Source: Octopus vulgaris (taxonomy: Eukaryota). From it: a stretch of 64,000 bases of DNA. Both the position numbers and the translations under genes were made by a program. Under the pieces are notes generated by a model, which worked only from the letters and a program-made list of their open reading frames with translations, searched no databases and had not been told where the DNA came from. The stretch covers positions 67,704,001 to 67,768,000 of the forward strand of contig OX597814.1 of NCBI GenBank assembly GCA_951406725.2. The letters run 5' to 3'. The stretch's first letter is position 1; each line of letters opens with the position of its first letter. Positions 27,901 through 42,900 of the stretch are shown here, one piece after another.

Positions 27901-30900
27901 CATTTGAGGGTAGTTGATGCCAGTGCCATTTGACTGGCACCCATGCCAGTGACATGTAAAAAGCACCCACTACATTCTCTGAGTGGTTGGTGTTAGGAAG
28001 GGCATCCAGCTGTTGAAACCCTGCCAAATCAGATTGGAGCCTGGTGCAGCCATCTGGTTTACCAATTCTCAGTCAAACCGTCCAACCCATACCAGCATGG
28101 AAAGCAGACGTTAAATGATGATGATATAAACAAATTAGAGGTTCTGGCTATGGAAAATGTTTGACTTACCAGATGCCAGCCACTGTCCTTTTGGATGAAC
28201 AGATATACATCGTACCATATTCTTGTGACCTTTGTAAACCTAGAATGGGATCAAAATATATTTTATGAGCCTACAGTTAATGAATAAGATGACAATAAAG
28301 TCTTTCATGATCATAAAAACACAAAAACAAACGTTATCATCTCCAGTAATCAGTTTGACCACTATTATACGGTAAATGATAGGAATGTTCATTTCACAAT
28401 TCGCTTTCAGCTAACAGCTACTAAAACATGTATGAAAGGAAAATGTCAACAAAAATCTACCACATGGGCATACATTTGAAACAATCACTAACAAATACAA
28501 AGTGATGGTCATGATTGGAATGCTTATAATAACTCTGCTCAATCAAGGACACCTGGGGTTAAACAACACTAGCCATCTTTCTGGCTGCATATGCACAAAC
28601 TTTTGACTCATTTCAGTCAAGTCAATAGCAATTACTCAGAATTCTCACAACAGTGTCTGCCCATCCAAACTATCAAGCTACAGACCACCCAAACCCACTT
28701 TCCATTATCTTTACAAAGCAGGGTTCTTCGAACTGCAACCTCATGGAACTCACATTTTAAGTGCAATCATCAATCTACAAAATTAATATGCAGCTAACAT
28801 TTGAGAAGGTATTCTTCTAAAATTGCTGCATATTTCATTAGCTGAAAGTTTTTAGTTCAACTTCTCCAGTGAGTATAGTTGAGTGTGGGAGAGTCTCAGA
28901 GAAGCTGCCTTATTCCACAAAATGAAGATAAGAGTCAATTCTGTCCCTTGGGGAATAAGACTTACTTTTACAGCCAAATGTCATTTTAATAGATACTCAC
29001 AAGTAAATCCAATAGACCTTAGTGCTAGGTGAGGATCAATAGATGATGGAGAGGGAAATAGATAAAGATGACTAGGAAAGTAATAATGATATGAATAATA
29101 CAAATAACCCAAACAATTGTGATCTTTTTCTAGTACCTGGTCAACTGCTTATAAGCATTTCACCAACCAATTTCATGTAGCCTACAACTTGATGTGGATT
29201 AAGGTTAGTTGTAGCAGAGCAGACCATACTAAAGTCTAGTTTGTGTTGTTTGGATGCAATAATTTGTTTGCAATACCCACAACAGACAAATCAATTTCAT
29301 ACAAGTGTCATTTCCCATTCAAGTATGTGCAAAGATGATAATCATGGCAATATGATGAGAATTCCCAACACTTTCTATCTTTTCTAACAACTACTATACT
29401 TTGCCATACATTTCCAATTATTATGCAGAAGAAATATCTCAACACCTAAAAAAAAAAACAGGTAGGATAAAATCCAGTATACTAAAAAGGAAGGATTGTT
29501 ATAGACAGGCACAAAACGATAAGAAGACGTGTACAATGTTAAACATCAAACTCACCACCGACTGAACAGTAGGAAAAGGCTGTAAATCTTTGGGTTTTGG
29601 TAAAGTTGGTAGAAGATCTTGTGGATCCAAATCTTTCACCTGAGAAAAGAAATTACAAAAATAAACCAATATAATCATAAACGCTTTAATAATGTTAACA
29701 AGGCATTAAAGAATAAGGAACCTACTAGAATAGTCAAGTTTCTTTTAATCATTCTGACACATTCTTCAAACATGATGTTCATTATCATTTGTATGTTCAC
29801 TCTTCCATGCTGGCATAAGTTGAACCATAAAGATACAGCTAAGTAAGGACCTCTCGGTGAGAAATTCTGAGATAAAACCCATTTTCTTCTCATTTGCTCA
29901 TAATAGAAAGCAAGGATAACTAAGTAACTAGGGTACAGGACAGACAGCCAGGAAGTCATTCATTAGCATCAAATTGTTAATGACCAAAAAAGGACAACTT
30001 CAAATGTGTGTCAATCAACTTACAAGGAAAAGATTCATTGAATGTACAATAGAAAAATGATGCTTCTCCTCCTCATCATCATCATTTAACAGCCATTTTC
30101 CATGCTGGCATGGGTTGGATAGTTTGACTGGAGCTAGTAACGACAGGGGCCAAACCAGGCTCTATTGTCAGTTCTGGCATGGTTTCTATGGCTGGATGCC
30201 CTTCCTAATACCAACCACTCCATAAAGTGTATTGAGTGCTTTTTATGTGAGCATCAGTATCAATTCTGCAAAGATGCCAGATATCTTGGTCCTTTCTAAA
30301 TGTTTTTGCAATGTTCTCATCTCCATCTCCACCCAGTATATCTGATGAAGAGACCATCTCTAATAAAAGGAACAATTCAAACAGAAATGCTGATGAGATA
30401 AATTTGGTTTAATATTCGATGGAGGATAAAATGAAATTGAAATGATAGTTAAATCTGCCCAGACCTCTCAAGGTTACTTGGATTTCAATATGACAAAAGA
30501 CTGAAATTATGCAATGACTTTTATAGAAATAAAAAGCAACAAAAACTGTGTCTGACTGCCTTTCCAGTGCTGTAGCAATCATCGTCTTCCTTTTTCTTTT
30601 CCAATTGTGCAAAACTTAGAGATAAAATTTACTATGGTGGGCAACTGATTTCATGAGTAGTTAGTGCCTCAAAAATTAACAGTGCTACATTTCAATCTTT
30701 TATAGGCAAAATACATGCAACAAAGAAATGACCAGTCACAGTGACATTAGTACCAAATTAAACAAGATTGGTTGTGAAATTAGTCTTACTCATGAAGCAT
30801 CAACAACTAAAGTCAGACAAAGTGATCAAAATTCTGAAAAACCAACTATTTCTCAGACTAAAATATACCTTATGAAGAGATTTGCAGTTTGACAAAGCAA

Positions 30901-33900
30901 TAATAGAGACACTATAATTGTATTTTCAGTAATATATTGGGCGAAATTCAAGACTTACAAAGGCAAAGTTGAAGCAGGAAAGCTGTCATGGCAAGAGTAA
31001 CAATAAAAATATGTGTAAAAAATTTTGAGAGAGAATAATGTGAGTAATGTAGCCATCACATGCAGCCAGATATGACATTGTATCAGCATGCACAATGCCT
31101 TTTGCTGATGTTAGGTGGCCATGTAGTTGCCAGCAGACAAAGAGGTTCTATCAGTGCCACTCATATATCAGAAGCAGATTCATGACATAACAGCTGAAGA
31201 GAGGGTTGTACCCTAGCACTTGACTGGTACTTTATTCTATTGACTCAAGAAGGATGAATAGCTAAGTGGGCTTCAGCAGGATTTGAGCTCAGAATGTAAA
31301 AGCCTGAAGAAATATTGGTTTCAAATTTTGGCACAGTCAGTTTTGAGGGGGTATGTTGATATCAATTACATCAATCCCAGTGCTCAACTGGAACTCATTT
31401 TATTGACTCCAATAGGATGAAAGGCAAAGTTGACCATGGTGGAATTTGACAGAACATAAAGCCAGAAGAAATGTCAATATGCATTTTGCTAAAGATTTTG
31501 TCAGTTCACTGCCTTAATGCCTGAGAAAAAATTGCAAGGTAATTTTAATGATTTTACAAATTCACAACTTTGAGAGAATAATATAATAAAAGAATAACAT
31601 TATAATGTTACTTGACAGAAATTTTACCTTCATAACCTTCTTCCTGGGACACAAATAGAGATCAAGGCATCTTTCAAACCGTTCTTCAATAAATCTAGAG
31701 TAACCTGGTAACAAACGCAGTGAAGTATACTTCTGAGGAAGAAACTTCATTCGCCTTTCATATGGTTCCTTAGCTCTCCATGCTTCCTCTTCCTCTGGTG
31801 TTAAGATATATTCAGGAGGTGGATTATAAGACTCTGCATGACCAGGTAATGCCAGCTTGGGGGCAGCAATGTGATGTCTGAAACGTTTGTTTAGCTCTTG
31901 CTAAAAGACATAAAAATAACAAAATCATCAGCAGACTCCAGCAATTAGCCACCCACTCATTGTTTCATAAAGATATAAAAGACAGTTATTAATCACTGTT
32001 ATCCGTTAACAACTACCAAAACTACATAAAATACTTTATGCAAGATGAGATATCCATGTAAATAAAGAAAAAACCTCATAACAGATCATATAAATTAGAT
32101 GTAAATAGTGGTATTTACTTCTTCATTGTCCTTCCACATCATGTAAAATGTTCGATTTAATTCCTCATCATCTGGATCTTTCCGAGGTGGCTTAGGCTTT
32201 AGCCAACCCATTTTGATAGCATGTACCATCTGCCCCACCTATGAGTGAAAGACAAATATATAATCATGAAACAGTAAAATAATTCTGTTGTAAGAACTGT
32301 TTATTAGCAGAGATAGGAAAGCACTAGATCAACCTCCACACCACAAGAAACAAACTCAAGATGCATTCAAAAGTCTTTACAAGTTGAAATATGTCCAAAT
32401 CATGTGAACTGATTTTAAGTTTGATTACTTTTAATCACTTCTTTGCACAACTACTTACATATTCATTACAGCCTGGTAGGCTATGCACACAATTTACAAA
32501 AGTTTTAAAAAGCTAAAGCTTTCCAGTCAGCTCAGAGTTGCATCTCTTGGTATCTGGACTGAAGACAGCTAACATGCTAAAAATGCATTTACCAGTTCAC
32601 AGAGGGTGTTTTTATACTCTTTTATCTAAAGCAAGAATTTCTTCTTCACAATAAAATAGAGTGAAAAAGCCTTTACATGTTGAAACATGGCTCAAATATA
32701 TTTTAATTTTAGTGAAAACAAAATTAAAGAAGAGACATGTAAACATGACACCATGTTGTAAATATAACTGAGCTTTTGAAACCTACACAAAAATCAAAGA
32801 TAAGACATACCATAATTACTGCTGAAAATTGTATAGAAATATTGTTAAACTTGAGTATCAGACACTGTTTTTAGCAGGGGAAATTAATATTTTTGGTAGC
32901 AGATAGCTTATTCTATCATTTGGGTTTATGGGATTGTAAGGAAAACTAAGTCATTGGGCTTAAGATTTCAGCAAAATTAGTCTGAAATGAAACCAAATAC
33001 AATCTGTACAAAAAACAGCAGCAGCCGCCACTGGCAGGCAAGACAACTTGCTTCCACCTCATTATGTGAGATGTTGCCAAAACTAATGCAAAAACGACTA
33101 ATACTTCTGCATTATCTACTCTTTCTTCACACTAAAATATATATATCACTGAGAGTTACAATTCATAATTGATGTGTAAAACTGAATTCAAAGTCTGTAG
33201 TAGAAAAAAATTAAGCAGGAAATATTTCTACAACATGTGTAACATGAATAGAATAAAAGGAGAAACAAAAGACGTAAATTGCTTACTTTGAGTCTTTCCC
33301 ATTTGGAAGGAATAAAACTGCGTTTGTCTGGTGGTCTATTAGTAACAGGATGCTTTATAGTTTTATAAGTGAAGAAATCAATCCAAGGCTGTAAAGAGAA
33401 AAAGATGAAAATAGAATACTCTGGGGTCTCGAATACCCCCCCCACACACACCTTTATTCCAATTCCCCCTTGCCTATTAAATTTTGCTAATCTATTTCCG
33501 GTGGAATTTTATTGTAAGCTATTCATATTGATACAATAGCTGGAGAATCTGATAATTCTATTTTACGTTAAAAACACATATATATATATGTAACATTAAC
33601 AAAAAGAACATTACAAGTAATACTATATGTTATAAAATAAATAGAATATATAAACTAAATAACTAATTCTGGTTTCAGAAAAATATCAAAGGTGACAGCC
33701 TAGAAAATTTTACATAATGATTTCTCATTTAGGCACAAAGATAACAATTTGTGGGGAGGGACAAGTGGATTAAAGTGGCCAAGTATATTACTGGTGCTTC
33801 ATTTTATTGACCCTGTAGGGATGAAAGGTAAAGCTAACCTCAGTGGGATTGAACTCAAAATGTAAAGGGTCATAACTCTATGCAGCAAGGCATGTTGCCC

Positions 33901-36900
33901 AATGCCAGCAATTTGAAGGGAAAGGGAAAGTCAATTAAACTGACTCCCATTACTAATACAAAGCAACAAACTCTGGGGAATTCATTATTATTTTGACTGA
34001 CACAAATTGAGAATCAGTATGGCAAAAGAAAAAGAAAATGACAGAAATGGGAAGAAAACCTGGAGTGTTCTATTTGTTTTCATAATGCATGGAAGAAAAA
34101 TATAGCCGTCAATATTTTAGGGCATTGATAACTTTCAATCTTAAGCAGATCAATCATCTCACCTGCTTCAGGACACATAGAAAACAAGGAAATTGCTGTC
34201 AGAAAATATGCTTTACAACCAGCCAAAGTTTATAAAGACTTGAGGCTGCCCCTGTCTGTAACATACATGTGAGTGTACTGCTACTCCACACTGTAGTCAA
34301 CAAAGTTTCATTTCCAATTTCTCTACCAATTACCAACACAAATACCACACAAACTAAGAACTTTAATGATGAAGTGTTTATCCTTACAGAATAAGGATTT
34401 AACATCAACACGACTCAAGTAATTTCTTTTTGAACTTTTTCATAAGATCATGTCAGAGAAAAGAGTATTTCGTAGTGAGATGTATGGAAATTATTCTATA
34501 GAAAAGCAAGCACTTGCTATCATGGTGAACAAATGCAAGGAGTATGATTCTGAATTAGAGCAAATGAAAGGGAAAACTCATTGGGATGCTAAAAGGAAAC
34601 GTCATGTTGCAGGCACCCAGAAATAAGGATATCTCACCAAAGCAGTTCATTTGTTTTACTCGAATTTGGCCAGTGTCAAAAACTCTGATTGTCCATTTGA
34701 TTCTACTGTTAAAGTAGCCAAGCGCTGCTATGAAAAATATTTGAAAGGCAAACTTGACAACACTGAAAAAAGTCCAAAGAAACACTACAGAGTTGCTGGA
34801 GGAGGTCGTAAAACAAAAGCACCAGCTAAGAGAGATGCCTTGTTTGAATGGTTTGTTAAAACATCGCTGCATGCGAGATTACCACAAACTCTTTTCCTAT
34901 TACAGGCTGAAAAATTTTATGAGAAGCAGAGGATTTGCCAACACCCCAACATACCAACTGAGGAAAAGCTTTGTTTTTCAAAAAGCTGGAGGAAAGGTTG
35001 GCAGAAAGAGTATAGGGTATCACTGAAATTTCCAAACAAATGCATTTCAATCTCCAAAGAGCAATGTGTTGAGTGCATTCAGGATTATTTGAAGATCATA
35101 TAGAGTGCATGTCCTTATTTCTTCGACAAATTTGGCCTAGATCCTCCTAATTATCAATGGAGATCAAATGCCCTTACAACAGAATGGAAGTAGCGGACAA
35201 GCTACCTTATCATTCAGAAATCAAGATACGTTCATCAAAGAAAACCACCATTTGTCTAAGGAACATATCACAGTGTTCACCCAGGTTAGCAATGATACCA
35301 AAATCAATCTTATCTCAGAGTTTGTATTTAAAGGAACTGGAAAAAGACCACCACTATTAAATGCCTTGCCTACAATGAAATATCAATGGTCTCCTAAAGG
35401 TTCTTATAGATTAGAACAGCTGCTCTGTACTATTGAAAAACTTCCAAACTGATTCAATGTTTTCAAATGCAAACTTTGCCATCTATGTGCTAGGTGATTA
35501 AATGGTGCATTCGATGCTAGAGGTGAGAGACGCCCAGTGGGAAAGGCGTTATGTGCTAGTCGTCATCGGCGGTGCTATCACCAGATTTGTTCAAGTTAAT
35601 GACATGCAGTTGCACAAACAACTGAAAGCAAAATATTGCAAAATAAAGAAAGCAAAGAATATAGAAAAGTTAGTTCAAACTCTGAATAAAATACCCACAC
35701 CCAATCAATCCAAGATGATGATGATGCTACATCAAGCACATGCAGATTGTAAGACTGATTCAAGTCAACATGGGCCACAAACACTTTCAATGACTCTGAA
35801 GATTATAAGGTGTCAGACACTTTTCTTGCCATATTGAAACCGAGAAACCTGCAGAAGGACAGTGACAAAAAAATCCCAAGTCTATCATTTATACCTATTT
35901 ACAGAGTGCTATGTTTTATGTATAGAATAATAAATACTGCAAGTTTACGAAACAGTAATTATACTCTTTTCAGTTTGATTTACTTTTCTTTCTTTTTAAG
36001 ACATGTTGCTTGTATAGCATTAAAAAAAAAAATCCCATAATTACTATAATTAACAAATATCTTAACAAAAATGAAGCACACACGTGCTAATTTCACTAGC
36101 CTCTTGTTAATTTCTTTTGCCTTGTTGTGTCGTTATATATGCTTTAAGATGCTTTTTCCCTAATTTTTGCACATACACAATACAGTTATTGATTCCCACC
36201 AACCCGCTTATTCCAGCACCTCCACCTATTATTTGAGACTCGAGAGTAAATGACTAGTTAAAAAAAAATCAAGGGAGACAACCTACAAAATTTTAAAATT
36301 TTATATAGTTACCGATTTTCCACCACCCTGTTTATTCTACTCACCCGCTTATAAGAATTTAAGCAAATGTCCAACCCCACCTGTTATTTGGGACCTGAGA
36401 ATAAGATAAATCAAATCAAGGTGGCTTAATAGATCAACACACAGAACATCAGTTAATTTCAAGTTTTGAATTTGACACTGTAGTATTACACCACATCTAA
36501 CTCAGTTATGACACACCACATCATGCATATACAAATGCAAACTTGTTCATCATCGTCTTCCAGGCAATAACAGAGGAATTCAAGACAGGCTGTCCCTGGG
36601 AGTTCCTCTATGCTGATGACCTTGCTCTTATAACTAAATTACTACCAGGTATGGAAGCAAGGTCTAGAATCAAAGGGCCTTAAATTTAACTTAGGAAAAA
36701 CCAAAGTGTAAATAAGTAGGAAGGCAGATAAATCACAAATCCCTTCAGGTAGATGGCCCTGCTCGATCTTTAGAAAAGGTGTAGGTGGAAACTCCATAAG
36801 ATGCACTCAGTGTAAGCTATGGACACATAAAAGGTGCAGCAATATCAGAGGAAGGTTAACATGTAAACTAGCTTTTGCAAGTGGAAGATGCACAGGTACA

Positions 36901-39900
36901 ATAAATGATGAAAATGTTCAGAAAACAGGCTCCATCAACTACCGGGGGTGGGTGGGGGCAGCTAGAGGTAGTAGATAACTTCCGTTATCTAGGTGACCAA
37001 GTTAGTAGTGGAGGTGAATGCTCTGAGAGCAAAGCTGTGAGAATAAGATTAAGCACCTACCTCTGCTGGCAACAAAGGGCCTCTCTCTCAGAGTGAAAGG
37101 CAGATTATTTGATGCCTTCGAGCAAACAACTATGCTGCATGGCAGTAAAACATGGGCTGCGACAGCCAAGAACATGCGTAGGCTTGAAAGAAATGAAGCC
37201 AGTATGCTTCATTGGATGTGCAGTTTCAGTGTGCATGTTCGACAGAGTATAAGCATCTTGAGAGAAAAGCTAGGTATAAGATGTGGTGTGCAAGAGAGAT
37301 GACTATGTTGGTATGGTCATGTGATGCATATGGACGTGGATAGTTGTGAAAAAGAAGTGCCAATCCCTAACTGTTGAGGGAACCTGTGGTAGAGGTAGAC
37401 CCAGGAAAACATGGGATGAGGTGGTGAAGCATGATCTTCGAACTTTGAGCCTCACAGAGGCATATGACTAATGATCGAGACCTTTGGTGAAGTGCTGTGC
37501 TTGAGAGGACCTGTTAAGCCAAGTGTACCCATGCTGGTGGCACGTAAAGCATTGGGCCTCATGGAAGCAAAGTGGCTGAGTTCCTTTTGAGCATTGGGCG
37601 CCACAGAAGAAAAGTAGCTGAGTTCCTTTTGAGTGTTGGAAGTAATGACTGAGGCCTTTGGCATTATGTCATGCTTAAGAACACCTATCAAGCAGAACAA
37701 AATCGCAGCTGTAGCAGATATCGGTGTCACACAAATTGTCACCCATGCCAGTGTCATGTAAAAGCACCCTGGTGTTAAACAAATGGCACCCATGCCAGTG
37801 ACATGTAAAAGTACCCATTACACTCTCGGAGTGTTTGGAGTTAGGAAGGGCATCCAGCCACAGACAACCATGCCAAATCAGACTGGAGTCTGGTGCAGTC
37901 CAGTCAAACTGTCCACTCCATGCCAGCATGGATAATGGATGTGAAATGATGATGATGATGATGATGAAACTTATGTAAGTACAAAACTTAAAAATCAGTG
38001 AAGTTGAAGTCTCAAAGTATTTATTATAGCACAATTTGAAACAAGTTCTAGAAGTACTTACAGCAAAAGGATCCACTTCTTTGTTGGGGTGTTTGCCTCG
38101 CTGTAATCTTTTGATAATTCCTATGTCAGCATCACTAAGAACAACTTTCTGACCAGTTAGTTTATTACTCACAGTTCTCCTGAAAGACAAGTTTCAAACA
38201 ATAAATGAAGCATGGATGTAAAACCTTTGTATCCTTGTCCAACTTTAACCAGTCAGTTATCTGGTTGTTTTTCTCTTCTTTCACACTGTTTAACATACCA
38301 ACTGTGTTATGATCGCTATGATTTCTTAGTTGATAGCAGAACACTGAACCAAATTAAAATGGAAGAGCAAACTGGTGGTTTTCCAGCTCTGAGATTTTAA
38401 ATTCACTTAAATGACAGATTTTAAAGAATCATGCATTAAGTACAATCTTAGTAGTCTTAATCTGAAGATAATAACAATCAAATTCTTACACAAACTTTTA
38501 ACTTACAACATTACATCATCATCTATTAACATTCATTTTCCATGCTGGCACAGACTAGATGGTTTGACAGAATGCAGCAAGCTCCCCCCCTCCACACACA
38601 CAAGGACTACATTGGGCTACAGTTCAAGCTTTGGTTTTTACAGTTGAATGCCTTTCCTACACCAACCTATACAGACTACACAAAAATATTAGACACAGAA
38701 TTTGAATTCAAACTCTATAATTAGTAGAGTACTAATTCTCTATCACAAAACATGTGAAAATCTAGGTACTGTCCCTCTCTATCCATAGAGTGACTAGCAT
38801 AACACAGATCAATCTATAGTACACATTATAACAACTACCAATATCACAACCATTAACCCTTTTGATACCAACCTGGCTGAAATTGCCCCTGGCTCTGTAG
38901 TGCAAATGTCTTGTTTTCAAAGTTCTGAATTAGAATCTTCCACCAAACCTTAGTCACAATTTATGTTCCTAATACTAGCTTAATGATAACTAAGTTATTT
39001 TACTAAATTCTTTATAATATTTAAAATTAATTGAAAAAAACACAGAGCATCTCAACAGAAATATGGTAACAAGAGGGTTAATAACAGTTGTACATTCATC
39101 TAGACAGGTCTGCAACACTTATATTCTAATCCTACAATATACCAAATAACATGAAAGCCTCTATGTCGCAGCTCAACCTGATGGTAACAGCCACAGCTTC
39201 ATTGAGAATATCAGCGAAGTCATGATTGGAACATCATTAATCAGAGTTGTACAATCAGAGCAGACTTGGAAGTAAACAAGATAGAGATAAAAAATAAAAG
39301 TAGAGTTTGAAACCAGAATACACTAAATTCGTAAGTTCAAACTTTACAATAGAATTTGTATTGTGCAAGGACGAAGTAATAATTTTTGCTCCGTTTCTCA
39401 ATTTTAGTATTTTAGTGCAGTCTGTCACTGTCATAACTGAACTCTACTGCTATGGCAGTATTCACCTACAGCTAATGAAACATTGTGTCTATGAAGAGTT
39501 AAATGTTAACCATGGATACAGTGCAGTGTGTTTAATTCACACTTCTAGCTGTGAAACTCTGTTTTGTGCACACTCATACAATAAACACAAACATAAAAAT
39601 ACTGTTTAATATATATTGTGTGTGTGAGAGAGAGAACTAAGGCAGTTTTAATTACTCTTTTTCAGTTACTTAAAAGTTACATAATAAAAAATATTGTGGA
39701 GACCAAATTTAAGTGAAAAAGTAGTAACTCACCAATAATTGGGGTCATCCAATTTTTCAAGGAAATTATCAAGCTCATCTCCATGAACAGGTTTCTTAAT
39801 CTTGTGTCCATCTAGATTATAGCCTATATGTTCATAGTCATCATACCACTGCATAGGAATGTTGCCCACTGTGTTACGAATATCCTAAAATGGTGGAAAA

Positions 39901-42900
39901 GAAACGAAATATCAGTAAGAACAGGATTGTGCATGTGAGGTGAATGGCACAACTCACTGAGCTGCAGCTGAACCACCCACAGAGAGTGAACAAAGCCAAG
40001 AAGAAATATGAATCTTGGATATGGACACAATTTAGTGCTGACAACAAGATATACATTGCAGATCACTCAACCAACAAACAGTAACACTAAACATGTTAAA
40101 TTTTAAAAAACACAACTGACTCACCTCTTCATCAGAAGAATCTTCATCATATTCATCAACAGCTGCAGAAGAATCTAATAATTGTGAAACAACAGTGTTT
40201 TCTTTATTTTCTTGCTTCCTAATATTGTCTGATATTTTATTGGAGTGGTCCTTGGAAGTTGGCTGGTTTTTAACAGACGTTTTACTCTTTCCTGCATCAC
40301 TAGTGTTTGGTTGAATTTCTTTGACATTTGTTCCATCTTCAGTATTACTACTATTGACTCTGGAAGTAGCCTTTTCCTCAACATCAGCAACATCCTCCTC
40401 GCTGCTGACATTCTCAAAAGCACCTATTTCCTCCTCATCATTATCATCACTATTGTCTTTGTTGCTCTCGTTGAAAATATGTTCATCTTTATCAGATCCT
40501 TCCTCCTAAAAAAGAGAAAAAGAAAAAAATTAATAACTGCACAAGAATAAAACAACTGAGGAATAATTCTGTTGTTTCATTGTTTTACATATGTTGACAT
40601 GGGTAGAATTGCAAGCAAAAGGAATTCAATAAAGTGACACCTATATATAAGCAGACTGTGGAATTCAGTAATGTATCTTACCAAGATCTGATAAGCAGCT
40701 GAGCACCTTTAACATTCCATTAATATACTTTATCTGTACAGCAGGTTGACTGGGTTGATTTATTCATGTAGATGTAACTTGGTATCCATAAACAGGCACT
40801 AAACTTAGGAACTTTTTCTTGTAGTGGTACATGAACTTTTGGTTAAACTACAATTCCTAACAGAAGACATCAATGGCTGCAATATTCAGTAAGATGATGT
40901 AGAAGCTTCTAACTACCACATTCATTCACTCAACACTATTAAATGATAATTACTCTTTATGCAATTTTTTCCCTTTCTTTCATCAGGTTAACTAGTGGGA
41001 GCCATGGAAATTCCACAAAATGAAAAAGATTAGGAGAAGCTATTTAAAAAAGGATGATTTTTTATTTTTATTTTGCTATGTTATTTCACTTCCAGTCATA
41101 ATGATATATTCTATGCTTTTTAACATTTCCCTCTGCTGAGCACTTTATAGTTCACTCTTTCTCTTCACCTCTCACTTCCACTAACCACAGTAGTGACAGC
41201 ATAATGCATTGGCTGATTTCTGTTCTCTCAGATTCACTCTTCCTTCCTCTCTCTGACTTAACCTTCTCTTCTCTAACTAAAGTGTAAAGTGTTACCAGAC
41301 AGGTAAAAGGATATTAGAGATTTAGTTCAATAACAAAATACTCTTCACTATCAACACCATAGTTTTCAGTAACAAAGCTCATTTCAGTTCAGCTGTTTGT
41401 CTATATCTTTTTCTTCCTGTCAATGTATCTCTATGCTATCTACCTCTCTCTCTTCTAATGTAACTGTCTTCCCTGTCCATCTTTCTATCAGCCTTTCTTT
41501 AACCTCACCACCAGAACATCATTCAACATCCGTTGTCTATGCTGGCATAAGTTGGACAGTTTGACTGGGCTGGCACTCTGAAAGGCTGCACCAGACTCCA
41601 GTCTAATTTGGCATGGTTTTCTGCAGCTGGATGCCCTTCTCAATGCCAACCACTCTGAGAGTGTAATGAATGCTTTTACTTGCCACCAGTATGAGTGCCA
41701 TTTGCATGACAGTGCGGTGCATTTATGTGCTACACTACCCCCCACCCACTCTCACTTTTACCCCACCTCTCTAATTGACTAATGTCAGAAATACTTGGCT
41801 AAGGATAAACCACAATTCTTGGTAGTATTTGACTAGAAGGAATTTGGCAAGGTACCACATTCAGTAACTTGACAGTAAATAAAGAAACTAGGTGTTGAGT
41901 TTGTAAGGGCTATATAAGTCATGTGATAAATTTGATGTGAGGAAGGGACTATTCTGCTGCTATTCCCCGATACCATTTAACCCTCTTACAACATATCACA
42001 TATACTGAACTACCAAATTATCTCTTCACCATACACATCAGCCTGATACTCTTACTACCAACCCAACCACACATCTCTTTCTCCAGGTCCACTGCTTTAT
42101 TATTATTACTATTACATTTCTGTTGCTCTTCCCTGGTTGTCAATCATCTCCTTCCCACTGATTCATGTATCATTGGTTATCTTTCAACCCTATCCAAATT
42201 CTACTGTAATAACTTACTTATCCTTCAACACTTGTTCATAGTATTCACCCTCTCACCCATTTCCTACATCTAACCATCTCTCTCTCTTCCAACATCTACT
42301 CACTCATATTTCCTGTTCTCCCCTCCCCACTCACTTCCATTGTGTCCCATATTTTGAGGATCCAACCAGTTACCTCATCATCATTATTTTGATTTTTCCA
42401 ACTCCATCTTCTATAACGTGATGCACATGTCCCCACCAGCAACAAATCTGCTCTGTTCAGGCCCTTTCTCACTCAAACCCCTCATCCCTTAGCATAAAGC
42501 TGCCTCCTTCTCAACTGTAGTCCCATCCAACCAAAGGGAACCTTATTCTAGCAGGCTCTATGGCAATCTCACTAGTGCTGGTGCCACAAAAAAAAAAAAA
42601 CAGAACAAAACATCCAGTACACACTGCAAAGTGGTGGGGCATTAGGAAGGATATCAAGCCATAAAAACAATACCAAAGCAGTCTCCAGGCCCACTAGGTC
42701 TTGTGAAACAGTGTACGCTAGCATAGAACATGGACATTAAATGATATTTTACATAGAAAGCACCTATAAAGAGGCACAATTCCACATTTACCTTTTTCTC
42801 CCCATAATACTAGTATTTATAAACTTCCAAAGAGAAGAAAGGCAAAGTTATCCTGAGTAGGCTTGAACTGGAACAAATATAAATAAGAGTAAACACTTTC

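Noticed and set aside
30342-30400. CTGATGAAGAG..CTC (and CTGAAGAGAGGG..CCCT at ~31195) as minimal hammerheads
   Set aside because: No GAAA after the stem and no stem I/III; at best decayed.
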